A stretch of DNA of 19,491 nt from Opitutales bacterium (GTDB lineage: Bacteria > Verrucomicrobiota > Verrucomicrobiia > Opitutales > UBA953): NCBI GenBank assembly GCA_040398005.1, contig JBBAUX010000005.1, positions 88,655 through 108,145 on the forward strand, given 5' to 3'. The notes beneath the pieces were generated by a model. The model was given only the letters and a program-made list of their open reading frames with translations, was not told the DNA's origin and searched no databases. The translations under genes were made by a program, and so were the position numbers. Numbering within the stretch: position 1 is the first letter of the stretch; every line of letters begins with the position of its first letter. This document shows positions 17,819 through 19,491 of this stretch, one piece after another.

Positions 17819-18403
17819 TTAAGATAACTTCCGAAAAGCTACTTGGTAGTTGGAAATAACTACATTCATCTCGTCTCTGTAAACACTGGCAAAAGCATTA
17901 ATACCGGGTTTAGGATATTCCAATTCGCCCAAGGTTTCGGGCCATTGCCAATGATAGTCATCGAATAGAATAATTCCCCCTACACGGAGTAAGCCCCAAC
18001 ACATACAGGCATCGGCTAAGACATCCGGCGCGGTGTGACTACCATCGACGTAAATAAAATCGAAAGATTCATTATCTTTAATTAATTGAGCTAAACCTTG
18101 AAACGAGCGTTTTACTTGGACATTGATGGTTTGTTTTTCCGCGATAACGCTTTCTACGTTATTTTGCCAGCGCTCAAATAAACCGGCAAGTTGGATGTCG
18201 GTGTGCTCGGGCGATCCTTCAAATGTATCGATACAGCAAATGGTGCCATCGGCTTCTAAAAGGTTTTGTAACATCCAGCTCGTGCTGCGACCTTCAAAAC
18301 AGCCAATTTCTAGAACGCGACTACGTCTGGGTAACAAGGATTTTATCTCCAAGAAGTTTGGGATATTATTACTAAACCAATCGGGTAAAAGATAGTTTTG
18401 CAT
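17819..18403 (-). CDS. Class I SAM-dependent methyltransferase (Methyltransf_24-like)
   Basis: VLEIGCFEGRST, CIDTF.GS.EH, FDFIYVDGSH and LLRVGGIILFDDY.W. Confidence 0.88.
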   Translation of the reverse strand: MQNYLLPDWFSNNIPNFLEIKSLLPRRSRVLEIGCFEGRSTSWMLQNLLEADGTICCIDTFEGSPEHTDIQLAGLFERWQNNVESVIAEKQTINVQVKRSFQGLAQLIKDNESFDFIYVDGSHTAPDVLADACMCWGLLRVGGIILFDDYHWQWPETLGELEYPKPGINAFASVYRDEMNVVISNYQVAFRKLS

Positions 18404-18474
18404 CAGTGGTAATCCTTTGAGTAGTAGGATTAAAGTTTTCTTAGCGTCAACCGCCCTAAACGGTAGAGTATTAA

Positions 18475-18503
18475 TTGAGTCGATATTTAGAATATTTTAT
18501 AGT
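18475..18503 (+). promoter_or_regulatory. Putative sigma70 promoter for the GT47-like gene
   Basis: TTGAGT (18475-18480), 17 nt, TATAGT (18498-18503); ATG at 18516. Confidence 0.6.
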
Positions 18504-18515
18504 TAATTTACTTAA

Positions 18516-19421
18516 ATGACTCACAGTCTTTACGAGAACGATTGTCGGTTCGTTAGTTCAAGGGGAATCTTGAAATCCTGCGATATCCATAGCGACACCC
18601 CAGTTTCTAGTATTAAAGAAATGATCAACTACCGATGGGAGGGTTTACGCCCAAGTTCGACGGTTTATGTTTGTACCTCAGCTATTGGTCAACTCGTACA
18701 CAACCTCGAACGAATTCCTTATCCTATCGTTTTAGTTTCAGGCGATGCCGATGAAGATGCGCCGACTAATATTTTTTCGAGTGAGCAGGACTATCTCAAT
18801 TTTATTGAAAGCCCTAACATCATTCACTGGTTTGCGCAGAATGGTATCGTCAGGCATCCGAAGTTTTCACTGATTCCGATTGGTCTGGATTATCATACTA
18901 TGTCTCAAGGTGATAGTCACTGGGGTCCTAAATTATCTCCGACCGAACAGGAGCAATTATTGCAAACCATTCATCAAACTGCCGCGCCTTTGTCTCGGCG
19001 AATTCCCAAGGCTCATGCTAATTTTCATTTTTTAATGACGACCAAATATGGTGCTGATCGTGTTCGGGCAAAGCAACTGATTGCACCTGATTTAGTCGAT
19101 TATGAATCACAGCGTGTTGATCGCGAAACTACCTAGAGAAACCAGTCCAAATATGCGTTCGTGATTTCTCCTCACGGTAATGGCTTGGACTGTCACCGCA
19201 CATGGGAAGCCCTGTCTTTAGGCTGTATTCCAATAGTAAAAACATCCCCTCTTGATTCTCTCTATGATCAGTTACCCGTTTATATCGTGAATGATTGGAG
19301 CGATGTAACAGAGGAAAATTTACGCCGAGTCTTAAATGATTTTTCTCAACGTAAATTCGATTTAAGTCGCCTGACGCTTAAGTACTGGATGGACAAAATT
19401 AACTCAAAAAAGATTTCTTAG
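18516..19421 (+). pseudogene. Exostosin/GT47-like glycosyltransferase-related gene (301 codons plus stop) interrupted by an in-frame TAG at 19134-19136
   Basis: ORFs 18516..19136 and 19161..19421 share a frame (offset 645 = 215 codons). Reading through gives RETT*RNQSKYAFVISPHGNGLDCHRTWEALSLGCIPIV. The N-terminal part has HWFAQN...IPIGLDYH. Confidence 0.8.
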
Positions 19422-19489
19422 ATCCACTGATCTAAAAAGAGTTTTTTCGAATCAGGGTTCGGTGTCTCGGAAAAATAAATAGCCATACG
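19418..19489 (-). CDS. Possible 3' end of a convergent gene entering from the right edge
   Basis: Open frame ...RMAIYFSETPNPDSKKLFLDQWI* whose TAA overlaps the TAG of the plus-strand gene. Too short to identify. Confidence 0.3.
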   Translation of the reverse strand, partial: RMAIYFSETPNPDSKKLFLDQWI

Positions 19490-19491
19490 TA

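Noticed and set aside
471..18395. Short antisense or alternate-frame ORFs (e.g. 933..1301, 6800..7078, 10655..11074, 12688..13020, 15209..15496, 18123..18395)
   Set aside because: They lie within well-supported genes and show no protein motifs, as expected of shadow ORFs.
19134..19136. Pyrrolysine or genome-wide TAG recoding
   Set aside because: TAG ends seven genes at their expected C-termini (e.g. ADH, hflX). There are no pyl genes in the window, and the codon is one transition from TGG.
19161..19421. Independent 86-aa gene
   Set aside because: It is in frame with 18516..19136 and starts inside a conserved motif, so it is the C-terminal part of one gene.

Overview
A densely packed bacterial chromosomal window with about 20 protein genes and no rRNA, tRNA, CRISPR array or transposase that I can see. 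The mix of PEP-CTERM proteins, a planctomycete-type cytochrome c, a ThuA-like protein and a long-form SufT suggests a PVC bacterium, probably Verrucomicrobiota (inference). From left to right it holds: (i) a G-rich 8-bp repeat tract with embedded hairpins; (ii) a membrane-anchored coiled-coil protein and a Zn-dependent alcohol dehydrogenase; (iii) an exported-protein region with a GH29 fucosidase, two paralogous PEP-CTERM proteins, a double beta-helix protein, a GH128 glucanase, a ThuA-like protein, a His-rich membrane protein and a monoheme cytochrome c; (iv) a tightly coupled minus-strand operon, Fur-family regulator-sufC-sufB-sufD-sufT-hflX; (v) a LON N-domain protein, two SAM methyltransferase-like genes and a GT47/exostosin-like gene broken by one in-frame TAG. 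The best leads are the atypical Irr/PerR-like regulator with two 7-1-7 ICE-like operators heading the suf-hflX operon, the apparently split and reordered membrane-heme/cytochrome c pair, the likely TGG-to-TAG interruption, the charge-opposed PEP-CTERM pair, near-leaderless promoters and the absence of TGA stops. All family calls come from motif recognition by eye, not from database searches.
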